DNA of 64,000 bases, taken from the IMG/VR virus record IMGVR_UViG_3300025770_000897, one strand, 5' to 3'. Positions within the stretch are counted from its first letter, which is position 1. Each line of letters opens with the position of its first letter. Made by a program: the position numbers and the translations under genes. The notes under the pieces were generated by a model. It had not been told where the DNA came from and ran no database searches. It was given only the letters and a program-made list of their open reading frames with translations. Shown in pieces: positions 11,520 through 19,553 of this stretch. This DNA is from an uncultured virus (IMG/VR IMGVR_UViG_3300025770_000897). Taxonomy: Duplodnaviria; Heunggongvirae; Uroviricota; Caudoviricetes.

Positions 11520-11679
11520 TTGGGAATGGGCTTTGTTAGTTTTGTTGGCTTGTGTTGTAGCCTTACAAGGCACACTTAGCATTTATTTTGTTCGCTGGGT
11601 GTTATGGCGTAACAAATTGCTGACAGAATTGGCTGTTTGGAAGTATCGTTTCAATAAAGATACAGACTCTGAAGAATGA
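11512..11679 (+). CDS. 55-aa single-pass membrane protein overlapping the Get3-like stop
   Basis: Hand translation MIDWEWALLVLLACVVALQGTLSIYFVRWVLWRNKLL...DSEE; not in the ORF track. Confidence 0.6.
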   Translation: MIDWEWALLVLLACVVALQGTLSIYFVRWVLWRNKLLTELAVWKYRFNKDTDSEE

Positions 11680-11714
11680 AAATCTTTAAGTATCAGTAGC
11701 GAACCATACTTAGT

Positions 11715-12569
11715 ATGGCACAAGCGCAAGTAATTGGTATTTTGGGTGCAGTAGTCGCAGGTGGATTGGCTTATTGGAAGTTCAAGCCCGACAACTCAGA
11801 AGAAACTGAAACCACAGTTGTAACTCCTACGACTCCAACAGTCACACCAACTGAAACCAAACCTCTCGACAACTTCACTAAGAAAACAGGTTCACTTTAT
11901 CCAGCGATGGGGTCCAGCAATCTTTATCGAGGCACAAAACCCGACGAACCCAGAGCCGCTTACAAAACAGTGGAAGAGGCTGCTGCTCAATGTGATTCGG
12001 ATGAAAACTGTATTGGATTCACCCATTGGCCTGAAAGATATACTACTGACCACCCTAAATCACCAGAAACACCTTGTTCTACTGACACAAACTGTGGCTC
12101 AGGCAAGTGCGTAAATAACTACTGCCGAAGTTTCAACTGGGGACTTTCTTACTTCTGGACAGATAGTTCTGCTCCGAATCTTCCCAGCGACTACAAAGGT
12201 AGCACATGGAAGTCAGCCAACGGCTCACTTTCACTTTCTCAAGGTGTCGGACCCTCCCATGAATATCTTGATTCACGCCGACCTCGTGGAGAAGCCGCTA
12301 ACCATCTTGAAGGAGATGTTGAAAAGGACTGGAAGTATGCACAACACATGAGTCAAAAGGGTGTTTCTTACATCAAGGCTGGCTTTGAAGATTTCAAATA
12401 CTCGGATAAGTTCAACGATGACGGCACAGCCAAGACTTCAGAATCCGATAATCAAACTAACGAGGCTGAAGAAGTCTCCGCACCTGTGGAATACACACCT
12501 TTGTCGTATCAACCAGCCAGTAATTCGATTCAGTTTGACCCTAAGTCTCGCCCCGATAATTGCTTTTAA
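11715..12569 (+). CDS. N-anchored membrane protein with PAN/apple-like and small disulfide-knot motifs
   Basis: N-terminal TM, T/P linker, AAAQCDSDENCIGFT, CSTDTNCGSGKCVNNYC; TATA at 11685. Confidence 0.75.
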   Translation: MAQAQVIGILGAVVAGGLAYWKFKPDNSEETETTVVTPTTPTVTPTETKPLDNFTKKTGSLYPAMGSSNLYRGTKPDEPRAAYKTVEEAAAQCDSDENCIGFTHWPERYTTDHPKSPETPCSTDTNCGSGKCVNNYCRSFNWGLSYFWTDSSAPNLPSDYKGSTWKSANGSLSLSQGVGPSHEYLDSRRPRGEAANHLEGDVEKDWKYAQHMSQKGVSYIKAGFEDFKYSDKFNDDGTAKTSESDNQTNEAEEVSAPVEYTPLSYQPASNSIQFDPKSRPDNCF

Positions 12570-12578
12570 GGTGAGACC

Positions 12579-12782
12579 ATGAGGATGACAACTTATTCAG
12601 ATGGTGAACCCATCCCAGAAGCGTTGCCGCAAGCCTACGAAGAAGGCAATCTTGAAAAGAATTGTAGCAACTGCGCTCATGTTATGTTTCTTAACGGAGA
12701 ATACTTTTGTGGGTTGTTTTCAGGCAATCCCGAAGTGCGAGCCGATTGGGTTTGTGCAGCATGGAAATCAACTGCTGAATAA
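12579..12782 (+). CDS. HiPIP-like four-Cys protein
   Basis: NCSNC...CGLFSG...VRADWVCAAW spacing resembles high-potential iron-sulfur proteins; GGTGA RBS. Confidence 0.6.
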   Translation: MRMTTYSDGEPIPEALPQAYEEGNLEKNCSNCAHVMFLNGEYFCGLFSGNPEVRADWVCAAWKSTAE

Positions 12783-12817
12783 ACACGTTTAAGTCAGTGA
12801 TAGGTTTTATTGTAACC

Positions 12818-13234
12818 ATGAGTTCTGGTTTAACTTTCGATTGGGATGATACAGACATTTCTAATCCCAAAGTTATGAAAGCCCTGTCTGTGCTTTGCAC
12901 CGAGTTTGGACCCCGTGTTTGGGTGCGAACCAGTTCATCAGGAACCGGACTTCATGTTCTCATCGGAGAATTAACTTACGATACTTTGTTTGGTATTGTT
13001 ATGTGTCCAGTTCCAATGGATTTAGCCACTCAAATGATGTGGCGAAAAGTGTTTTCAGAAAAACCGTGGAATCTGGAATGCGTGGGGCGATTGTTTTCTG
13101 ACCAAGTTCGTTCCGCCGAAGGTTTCCGAACCAGTCGTGTTTTCAAATCTAAAAACGGTATGACTTCGGATAAGTGGATTTCTGCCGAAACTCTTGATTT
13201 ACCCATAGTAGGTGAACTGCATGAAGAAGAATGA
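12818..13234 (+). CDS. Minimal archaeo-eukaryotic primase (PrimPol)-like protein
   Basis: LTFDWDD (hhDxD motif I) and RTSSSGTGLHVLI (motif II); start 30 nt after TTTAAGTC at 12788. Confidence 0.55.
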   Translation: MSSGLTFDWDDTDISNPKVMKALSVLCTEFGPRVWVRTSSSGTGLHVLIGELTYDTLFGIVMCPVPMDLATQMMWRKVFSEKPWNLECVGRLFSDQVRSAEGFRTSRVFKSKNGMTSDKWISAETLDLPIVGELHEEE

Positions 13235-13403
13235 AAGATACATTCCCCCGCACGTTCCATTAAATGAAATGAAACTTATCATTGATTTAGAACAGCATCA
13301 AGGCAAGCAGTTTTTTATCAACGGTGAGTCTGAAACAGATTCCTTAACAATTGCGAAAGCCATTTGGTCTGGTTCGGCAGTTATTAGTTTTAAGAACTTT
13401 TAA
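13221..13403 (+). CDS. Small hypothetical protein
   Basis: GGTGA RBS; overlaps the previous stop. Confidence 0.55.
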   Translation: MKKNERYIPPHVPLNEMKLIIDLEQHQGKQFFINGESETDSLTIAKAIWSGSAVISFKNF

Positions 13404-13428
13404 GTAGGTGTGCTTGCATACAAGCATT

Positions 13429-13833
13429 ATGAACACCGAACAAGAGATGCGATATTGGCCGAGAGTTGGCATGAAAGTCACCAAAGAAACTGCTGAACAA
13501 TTCATTTCCCGTATTGTCGATTCAGTCGCTGGTAGCAAACTTGATGAAGACCTTGAAGAGTTCACCACTATTTCAACCATGACGGCTGCGGAACTTGCAG
13601 TAGAAATTGAGAATCTGTTTGTGGGCGAATATGAAGACAGTCCTTTTGAGATGGATAACACCAACTTAGCAATTTTGAAACTGATGACTTACGAAAGTCG
13701 TCGCAAGGAAATTATCTTGGAACACAAGAATGCAGGAAAGTCTTTGGAAGAATCTAAAGATGCCTACGAAGAAGGCAAGCGTCTATTGGTTCGAGAAAAC
13801 CTTGATATACCCGACTCCGATGAAGAGGAGTGA
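13429..13833 (+). CDS. Acidic helical hypothetical protein
   Basis: ATG 30 nt after TTTAAGTA at 13399. Confidence 0.75.
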   Translation: MNTEQEMRYWPRVGMKVTKETAEQFISRIVDSVAGSKLDEDLEEFTTISTMTAAELAVEIENLFVGEYEDSPFEMDNTNLAILKLMTYESRRKEIILEHKNAGKSLEESKDAYEEGKRLLVRENLDIPDSDEEE

Positions 13834-14315
13834 AACCCTTGAGTTCACCAGATACTCCAGAGGGTCGAAGGACTTCAACACCACTCCCTTTGGTAGAAAC
13901 TTTAGTATTTGATATAGTAGAGTATCTTTTAGAAAAAGGTGGTTACGGCCACAGCACAGTAATTGCACAGAAAATGCTGGAACTCAAGCCTCGTCGTTAT
14001 ACTACCAGAGAGGTTATCGGTATTCTTCGTAATCGACCTATGTTTAGGCACGCTCAAAGCCGAGAACGTAGTGGTGGAATCCGTTGGCGATTAGATTTGT
14101 TAGCCCTTAACAAATACTTGACTTCTAAAGGCTATGAAGACCGAGCCGACAGCCGAGACCTTTACACCAAGATGCACAACCTAAAATGGAAGCAATTGAT
14201 GGATACCTTTACAGCCTTAAACACACTTATGTCTGATTTCAATCCAGAATCTGAATCAGTTCCTGATGAATCCGTGGCTCAATGCTACGAGTATTTGGCA
14301 CAAGTTTGGTCTTGA
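13830..14315 (+). CDS. Winged-helix-like DNA-binding protein
   Basis: IVEYLLEKG..STVIAQKML..TTREVIGILR followed by a wing ending in RWRL; GTG start overlaps previous stop. Confidence 0.55.
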   Translation: MKPLSSPDTPEGRRTSTPLPLVETLVFDIVEYLLEKGGYGHSTVIAQKMLELKPRRYTTREVIGILRNRPMFRHAQSRERSGGIRWRLDLLALNKYLTSKGYEDRADSRDLYTKMHNLKWKQLMDTFTALNTLMSDFNPESESVPDESVAQCYEYLAQVWS

Positions 14316-14319
14316 TAGT

Positions 14320-14430
14320 ATGTTATCTAAATTAGAATCCATTGTCAGCAATTATCCTAATGTCATGGCTCTTATCCGAACTTTTGCTTCTGTGGCTGCC
14401 GTAGGATTGTTAATTTATCTCAACACCTAA
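14320..14430 (+). CDS. 36-aa microprotein with C-terminal hydrophobic helix
   Basis: Hand translation MLSKLESIVSNYPNVMALIRTFASVAAVGLLIYLNT. Confidence 0.45.
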   Translation: MLSKLESIVSNYPNVMALIRTFASVAAVGLLIYLNT

Positions 14431-14437
14431 TCGGATA

Positions 14438-14456
14438 TTCGGATACGTCATCCGAA
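14438..14456. promoter_or_regulatory. Perfect 7-bp inverted repeat TTCGGAT-N5-ATCCGAA next to a promoter
   Basis: Ends 11 nt before the TATA box at 14467. Confidence 0.45.
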
Positions 14457-14496
14457 ATCAAGAACCTTTAAGTATCAGAAACATCATAGTGTTGCT

Positions 14497-15246
14497 ATGG
14501 GCTATTTTGTTCGTCGTTATCAAAAGGGTATTAAAAACTCTGGATGTAAGGACATCTTGCGTTCTGAAGACCCGATTAGTGTTTCAGAATTAGTTGATTT
14601 TGCTAATGAAACAGGACCCGGTAAATACGTTTTGGGTGTTCGTGGGAACGGCATTCGTGGCTGGAAGAAAATTACAGATGTGTTAATCGAAGTAGGTGAT
14701 ACCGAAACAGCAATTTTCGCTGCCGAATCAATTTCAGTTCGTAAAAACATGAAGTTGGAAGAAATGAATGACAGCGAACTTATGGATTTGTTGTATTCCA
14801 TGAGTCGTAAAACACCATCTCCCGAAGAATTGACTACTTATCAGTCTGACCTCGGAAAAATCCACGCAGAGTTGTCTAAGCGTAATGGTTCATCTCAACG
14901 GGCAGCAGCCGCCGAAACTGCTACTGTTGGTGGTAAATCACCAGTGGCTTCTGCTGGTTTTGCTGTCGGCGGTAAATCTGCTGCCGCTATGGGCATGATG
15001 GCTGGTTTAGTCATCGGTGCGCTTGGAACTTCTTGGTATTACAAAAGCCAAATTGATGATTTGAAATCCACTATTGACCGTTTCGACAAAAAACTTTCAG
15101 AAGCCGAAGATTACATGAAGCGTGCTGAAGACCGAGAAACCAAAAAAGTAGCCGAAAACCAAGCCGCCAACCGTTTCGATGCTATGAGTAATTTGAATAA
15201 CTTCCTTTTAGGAGATTTCAATAAACGCAACGGCCCACAATTCTGA
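14497..15246 (+). CDS. Membrane protein with C-terminal coiled coil
   Basis: TM AMGMMAGLVIGALGTSWYY, then heptad-like IDDLKSTIDRFDKKLSEAE; TATA at 14467. Confidence 0.8.
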   Translation: MGYFVRRYQKGIKNSGCKDILRSEDPISVSELVDFANETGPGKYVLGVRGNGIRGWKKITDVLIEVGDTETAIFAAESISVRKNMKLEEMNDSELMDLLYSMSRKTPSPEELTTYQSDLGKIHAELSKRNGSSQRAAAAETATVGGKSPVASAGFAVGGKSAAAMGMMAGLVIGALGTSWYYKSQIDDLKSTIDRFDKKLSEAEDYMKRAEDRETKKVAENQAANRFDAMSNLNNFLLGDFNKRNGPQF

Positions 15247-15248
15247 GG

Positions 15249-15773
15249 GTGAGTATTGTGAATCCTAAAGAACTATTTGAAAATCTTTCGGTAATGAGAG
15301 AGTCTCTTTCAACGTATCAGAAGTTTTTAGAACTGCAACGAGCGCAAACCATTAAACAACAATTCCGAGAGTTCACGGAATCAATGGGAATCGAAGCCAA
15401 CCAACAACAAATTGAATCTTTATACGAAAGTTTTGATAGCATCGTTTCATCATTAGATGAAGACACCGAATTATCATTACAAGACAAGATTCTTAATACT
15501 TTGGAATCTCCATTTATTATTCAAATCTTATCACTCAAAACGGCAGCCCGTGAAAGCGAAATGCGACGTATGACTCAACATTTGTCCGAGTTTATCCGAA
15601 AAGTTCCTGCTACGGGTGATGACAGCCAATTCCTTCACGATTTGTTGGCTACCAGCCTCGATACATTAGCAGACCAAGCCGAGTTTCAAAGAGACCACGG
15701 CAGTTCTGACACTTACAACGAAGCATGGCTCTCTAATCTTCGAGAACAAGCCGAAAAGTTGTTTAAAAGATAA
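15249..15773 (+). CDS. Helical hypothetical protein
   Basis: 174-aa ORF directly after the previous gene. Confidence 0.75.
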   Translation: MSIVNPKELFENLSVMRESLSTYQKFLELQRAQTIKQQFREFTESMGIEANQQQIESLYESFDSIVSSLDEDTELSLQDKILNTLESPFIIQILSLKTAARESEMRRMTQHLSEFIRKVPATGDDSQFLHDLLATSLDTLADQAEFQRDHGSSDTYNEAWLSNLREQAEKLFKR

Positions 15774-15806
15774 AGTTTTAAGTAGTTGTGACTCTATATG
15801 GAGTCT

Positions 15807-16955
15807 ATGAGTGACTTCGATGACTTGCTTCGCAACAGCAAGACTGAAAACAATTCCAGTTCCAACGCAGATTCTGATAAAAGTTCTGACAGCAAGAAGA
15901 AATCTTCCAGTTCGGCTTCAGTTGCTGGTATGTTCGGTGCTTCCGACATGGCCGAATTGACCCGAAAGTTTAATCTGGACCCCGAAATGGGAGAACGAGT
16001 TTTAGTTCCCTTAGTGAACTTTTTGGAAAAGTATGGTGTAGCCGATGCGGTGGACACTTCGCCTACGGCATCTCGATTGCTTAATCTGGCTGAGTTTTGG
16101 AATGATATTGCCCCAGTTGTTAGAAATGCTTCCGATTTCTTCGGAGGTCGCAAGCAAACTCTTGATGATTCAGACAAAGAGTTTTTGGAACGTATTCGTG
16201 CTGCTCAAAACGATTCAGCCGATATGACACTGTTTCAATCTGACGATGACAGCACTTCGGATGTAGTTAGTATAGGTGAATCAGTTTCTACTGCTCCCGC
16301 CCCGGCTCCCGAACCCGTTGAACTTCCGAAAGACCCTTTCACAGATGGACCCGTTGATTGGTATGATGTTCTGGGCGCACCAAATCCTTCCAAACAAAGG
16401 TCACACTACGAAACTTCTGGTATAAATACCAGAGTTGAAACTCAATTCGGAATCAATGGATTAGAACAATTGGCTCGTGAAGCAGGTTTGTCTGTGGATG
16501 AAGTTATGTCCAGAGATTCTCAAAACAAAATCAATAGAAAATCCTCTGATGGTGTAGATTACACCGCCGAAGGTGGAATCCCCACTTTCCAAAGTGGTGT
16601 TGATAAAATCCAAGCACAGATGGCTGCTGAAGCCGAGAATCACCGACGCAACTCCAAAGTTACCTTTTCAGATATGCCCACCCCAGAATCAGCCGAACAG
16701 TATAATCCGTTGGCTATTGATGGCCTCGATATGCCAAGTTTGATGGGTGGTGGTTTGGAATCTATTGCAGACATGGCTGTTAAGGCAGGAGTTTCTGAAG
16801 AAGACCTTAAGATTCAACCTGTGGGTTCTAAAGAAGCAAAACCTGACACCATAACTCAACAAGAACTTTCAGAGGTTCACAACATTGGAGAAATAGTTCT
16901 CCCCCAAAATCCTGATAAACCAGATGTTTCAACCTTTTTAGTAGATTTCGAGTGA
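15807..16955 (+). CDS. Acidic, partly disordered hypothetical protein (scaffold-like)
   Basis: ATG 30 nt after TATA at 15777; repeated GLE-(Q/S)-(L/I)A-x-x-AG motif. Confidence 0.8.
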   Translation: MSDFDDLLRNSKTENNSSSNADSDKSSDSKKKSSSSASVAGMFGASDMAELTRKFNLDPEMGERVLVPLVNFLEKYGVADAVDTSPTASRLLNLAEFWNDIAPVVRNASDFFGGRKQTLDDSDKEFLERIRAAQNDSADMTLFQSDDDSTSDVVSIGESVSTAPAPAPEPVELPKDPFTDGPVDWYDVLGAPNPSKQRSHYETSGINTRVETQFGINGLEQLAREAGLSVDEVMSRDSQNKINRKSSDGVDYTAEGGIPTFQSGVDKIQAQMAAEAENHRRNSKVTFSDMPTPESAEQYNPLAIDGLDMPSLMGGGLESIADMAVKAGVSEEDLKIQPVGSKEAKPDTITQQELSEVHNIGEIVLPQNPDKPDVSTFLVDFE

Positions 16956-16964
16956 GGCATACCC

Positions 16965-17381
16965 ATGTCACTCAATCCGATTTGGACTCATTACTGTGCT
17001 AACCACATGGAAGGTTGGCTAATGTGGACTCGTGGAGTTCACTTGCAGAGTTATCTGGAACTTATGGAAAGATTCATTCTTTCCCATCCTTTTTACACAC
17101 CTAATGAAGCAGATTTTTCAGAAGAAACCAACGATTTGTTTAATCGTTTGATAGCAAACCGAGAGTTTATCATAAGTCTTTCTGATAAAGGATTGTCTGT
17201 TTGGGCTAATTCTGGATTCTCTGATTTTTTGGATGCTTTAGAACCGTATGGTTCACGCTATCGTGATATTCGCCATCTTTCAGATTTTCTTCGATTGCAT
17301 GAAAACTGGTTTCGTCGATTGTATCAATTTTTCCGTGCCGATATTATTATGTATCTCAGAGAACAGGGTCGGAATCTTTAA
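16965..17381 (+). CDS. Hypothetical protein, aromatic-rich helical
   Basis: GAGG RBS, 138 aa. Confidence 0.75.
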   Translation: MSLNPIWTHYCANHMEGWLMWTRGVHLQSYLELMERFILSHPFYTPNEADFSEETNDLFNRLIANREFIISLSDKGLSVWANSGFSDFLDALEPYGSRYRDIRHLSDFLRLHENWFRRLYQFFRADIIMYLREQGRNL

Positions 17382-17406
17382 GTAGTAGAACAGGATGATG
17401 ATATAC

Positions 17407-19551
17407 ATGGCAAACGTAGATGCAGACAAGGCTCAGAAAATCCTGATGTATCTTTGGGCTAATGGTTTCAAATATACCAACATGGCTCAAAGTGCTGGTG
17501 TCGGCCTCGGTGCAGACACTATCGCTTTTTTGGAAGGTCAAGGTCACACCCTAACATCCAAAGCCCGAATGTATTTGCTTTGTGATGGAAATACTAAATA
17601 CACTCCCAAAGGTAGTGGTATCGCAGGTAGCACTTATTCGGAACTTGTTGGAAGTCAATGGCACGATTCAAAGGCAGCATACATGGCGAAAATCGGTGAA
17701 ACTTTCGGATTAAATCGTGATGAGGTAGATACTCTTTATTCTAATCAAGTTCTTAAATTAGGAGTTCCAGTTCCGGCTCGAAAGGGTGGAGCAGGTCGTT
17801 CTCAAAAGTATGGCAAGTTTAATCGTGATGGCTGGGGTGCTATCAACATCAATTCTATTGCAGAAACTGGTTCAGTAGATTCTAACTGGACAAAATCTGT
17901 AAAAGACAATGCTGCTGGCCTAACCACTATGGAAGTATTGAGACCCAACTCAGGGTATGAATTAGGAAGTGCGCTTGGAACCTATTCAAAAACTCTTCCC
18001 ACAGTTAGTCCCTCTGGTATTGCTCCCGCAGCATCAGCCAAACCCGTAACAGCAACAGGAAGTGCTACAACAGAAGAGGAAGAAGAAGAAGAAGAAATGA
18101 CTGTGCCTCCTGCAACACCAGCACCACCCTCCGAGTTTGAAAAGTATTTGGTTATGGATGATTTGTCATTGTGGTGGAAGGATGGGCAAGCACCTGTTTC
18201 TATTCCCACACATACATACGGAAATCGTGAAGTCAGTTCTAAGGCTTGGACAGCCAAAGGAGGAAAAATTGACATTGGAACTGCCCCAATTCGAGTTCGT
18301 GTCGGAACAGCCAGTCCAAAATGGACTACTGATTTTCTTACAATGTTAATTTCCAACGGCGATATTGATGGTGCAGAATACGCTGAGTTTGAATCTGCAC
18401 TTACCAACACAGAAACGCTTGTAAATGTTGATATGGATGAATACGAGAGCATCAAAACACCCGAAGTTTCTTTCGTCTTTATGGATAATAAGTCTTACAT
18501 TGAGGTTGAAGGTTTCGGAATGGTTCCAGCCACCAGAGGTGGGGACTTTGCTACATACGCACTTCTTGAAATCGTTATGACTGAACCTACGCTTGGTGGA
18601 GAAATAACTGATATTATAGTCAATAAAACTTCTTTCAAGGCAGTAATTTCAAACATGGAAGGCATTTATGGATTCCCATATCTTGGTTTTGAAGGTTTAG
18701 AAAACCGTTTCAAGGCTGACAACTACACCGATGAGGGTGCAGGTAACACCGCCGACCAACAAGCCACCCGTGCTTTAAGTCTTGCTTACATTAACGAAGG
18801 ATACCGTCAAATTGATTTTGAACCAGTCATCAAGGATATTGAGTTTGACAAAGCAACTCTGGATGAAACTTTGCTACAACCACTTGCTTTGGACTTTGAC
18901 ACCAAACTTAACTTAGATACTGAAGGTGTGTTTTTCGCACTCGATTACGCTTCTTCTAAAGATGCTTCCAACTTATTCCCCGGTTTCAATATCAACGATA
19001 GTTCTGATAGTAACCAACAAGAGTTTATGTTCCCCTTCGACATCCGAAACTTGAAACCTATCAATGAAGACGGTAAAGTTTTATCACCTAAGAAGCGAGA
19101 TGTTGGCGAAGGCATTGTTTCAATTGAAGTTGCTTCCAAGAATGCTTCAGCAGAACCTTATTCAATAAAGTTAGGTAACAAAACTTACGAGACTACTACA
19201 TACAGCCAAATCAAAATAACAACCGTTGATGGTGAAACTATTCTGATACCAGACAATGATGAACGCTTCAAGGCTTTGGATAATCAACAAAAAGAAATCA
19301 AAGGCACAGTTAATATCGTTGAGAGTCGCCCTACACTTATGGTCGTTAAAGGCAAACTGGAAGTTGCAGACATTGAAAAGTATTTGACAACTTCACGTCG
19401 TTCTTCCAGACTTTCGGCTAAATACAATGCTATTGATGAACTCACAGGACAAGTTGATACCAAAACAATTATGGTTCAACAGAACAATGATTACGTTATC
19501 ATTGTGGGCGTTGGACCCAACACGTATGCAATAAAAATCAGGGGCGATTAA
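17407..19551 (+). CDS. Large hypothetical protein, first gene of the MoxR operon
   Basis: ATG 30 nt after TATA at 17377; two domains joined by an A/T/E/P linker with poly-E. Confidence 0.8.
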   Translation: MANVDADKAQKILMYLWANGFKYTNMAQSAGVGLGADTIAFLEGQGHTLTSKARMYLLCDGNTKYTPKGSGIAGSTYSELVGSQWHDSKAAYMAKIGETFGLNRDEVDTLYSNQVLKLGVPVPARKGGAGRSQKYGKFNRDGWGAININSIAETGSVDSNWTKSVKDNAAGLTTMEVLRPNSGYELGSALGTYSKTLPTVSPSGIAPAASAKPVTATGSATTEEEEEEEEMTVPPATPAPPSEFEKYLVMDDLSLWWKDGQAPVSIPTHTYGNREVSSKAWTAKGGKIDIGTAPIRVRVGTASPKWTTDFLTMLISNGDIDGAEYAEFESALTNTETLVNVDMDEYESIKTPEVSFVFMDNKSYIEVEGFGMVPATRGGDFATYALLEIVMTEPTLGGEITDIIVNKTSFKAVISNMEGIYGFPYLGFEGLENRFKADNYTDEGAGNTADQQATRALSLAYINEGYRQIDFEPVIKDIEFDKATLDETLLQPLALDFDTKLNLDTEGVFFALDYASSKDASNLFPGFNINDSSDSNQQEFMFPFDIRNLKPINEDGKVLSPKKRDVGEGIVSIEVASKNASAEPYSIKLGNKTYETTTYSQIKITTVDGETILIPDNDERFKALDNQQKEIKGTVNIVESRPTLMVVKGKLEVADIEKYLTTSRRSSRLSAKYNAIDELTGQVDTKTIMVQQNNDYVIIVGVGPNTYAIKIRGD

Positions 19552-19553
19552 AT

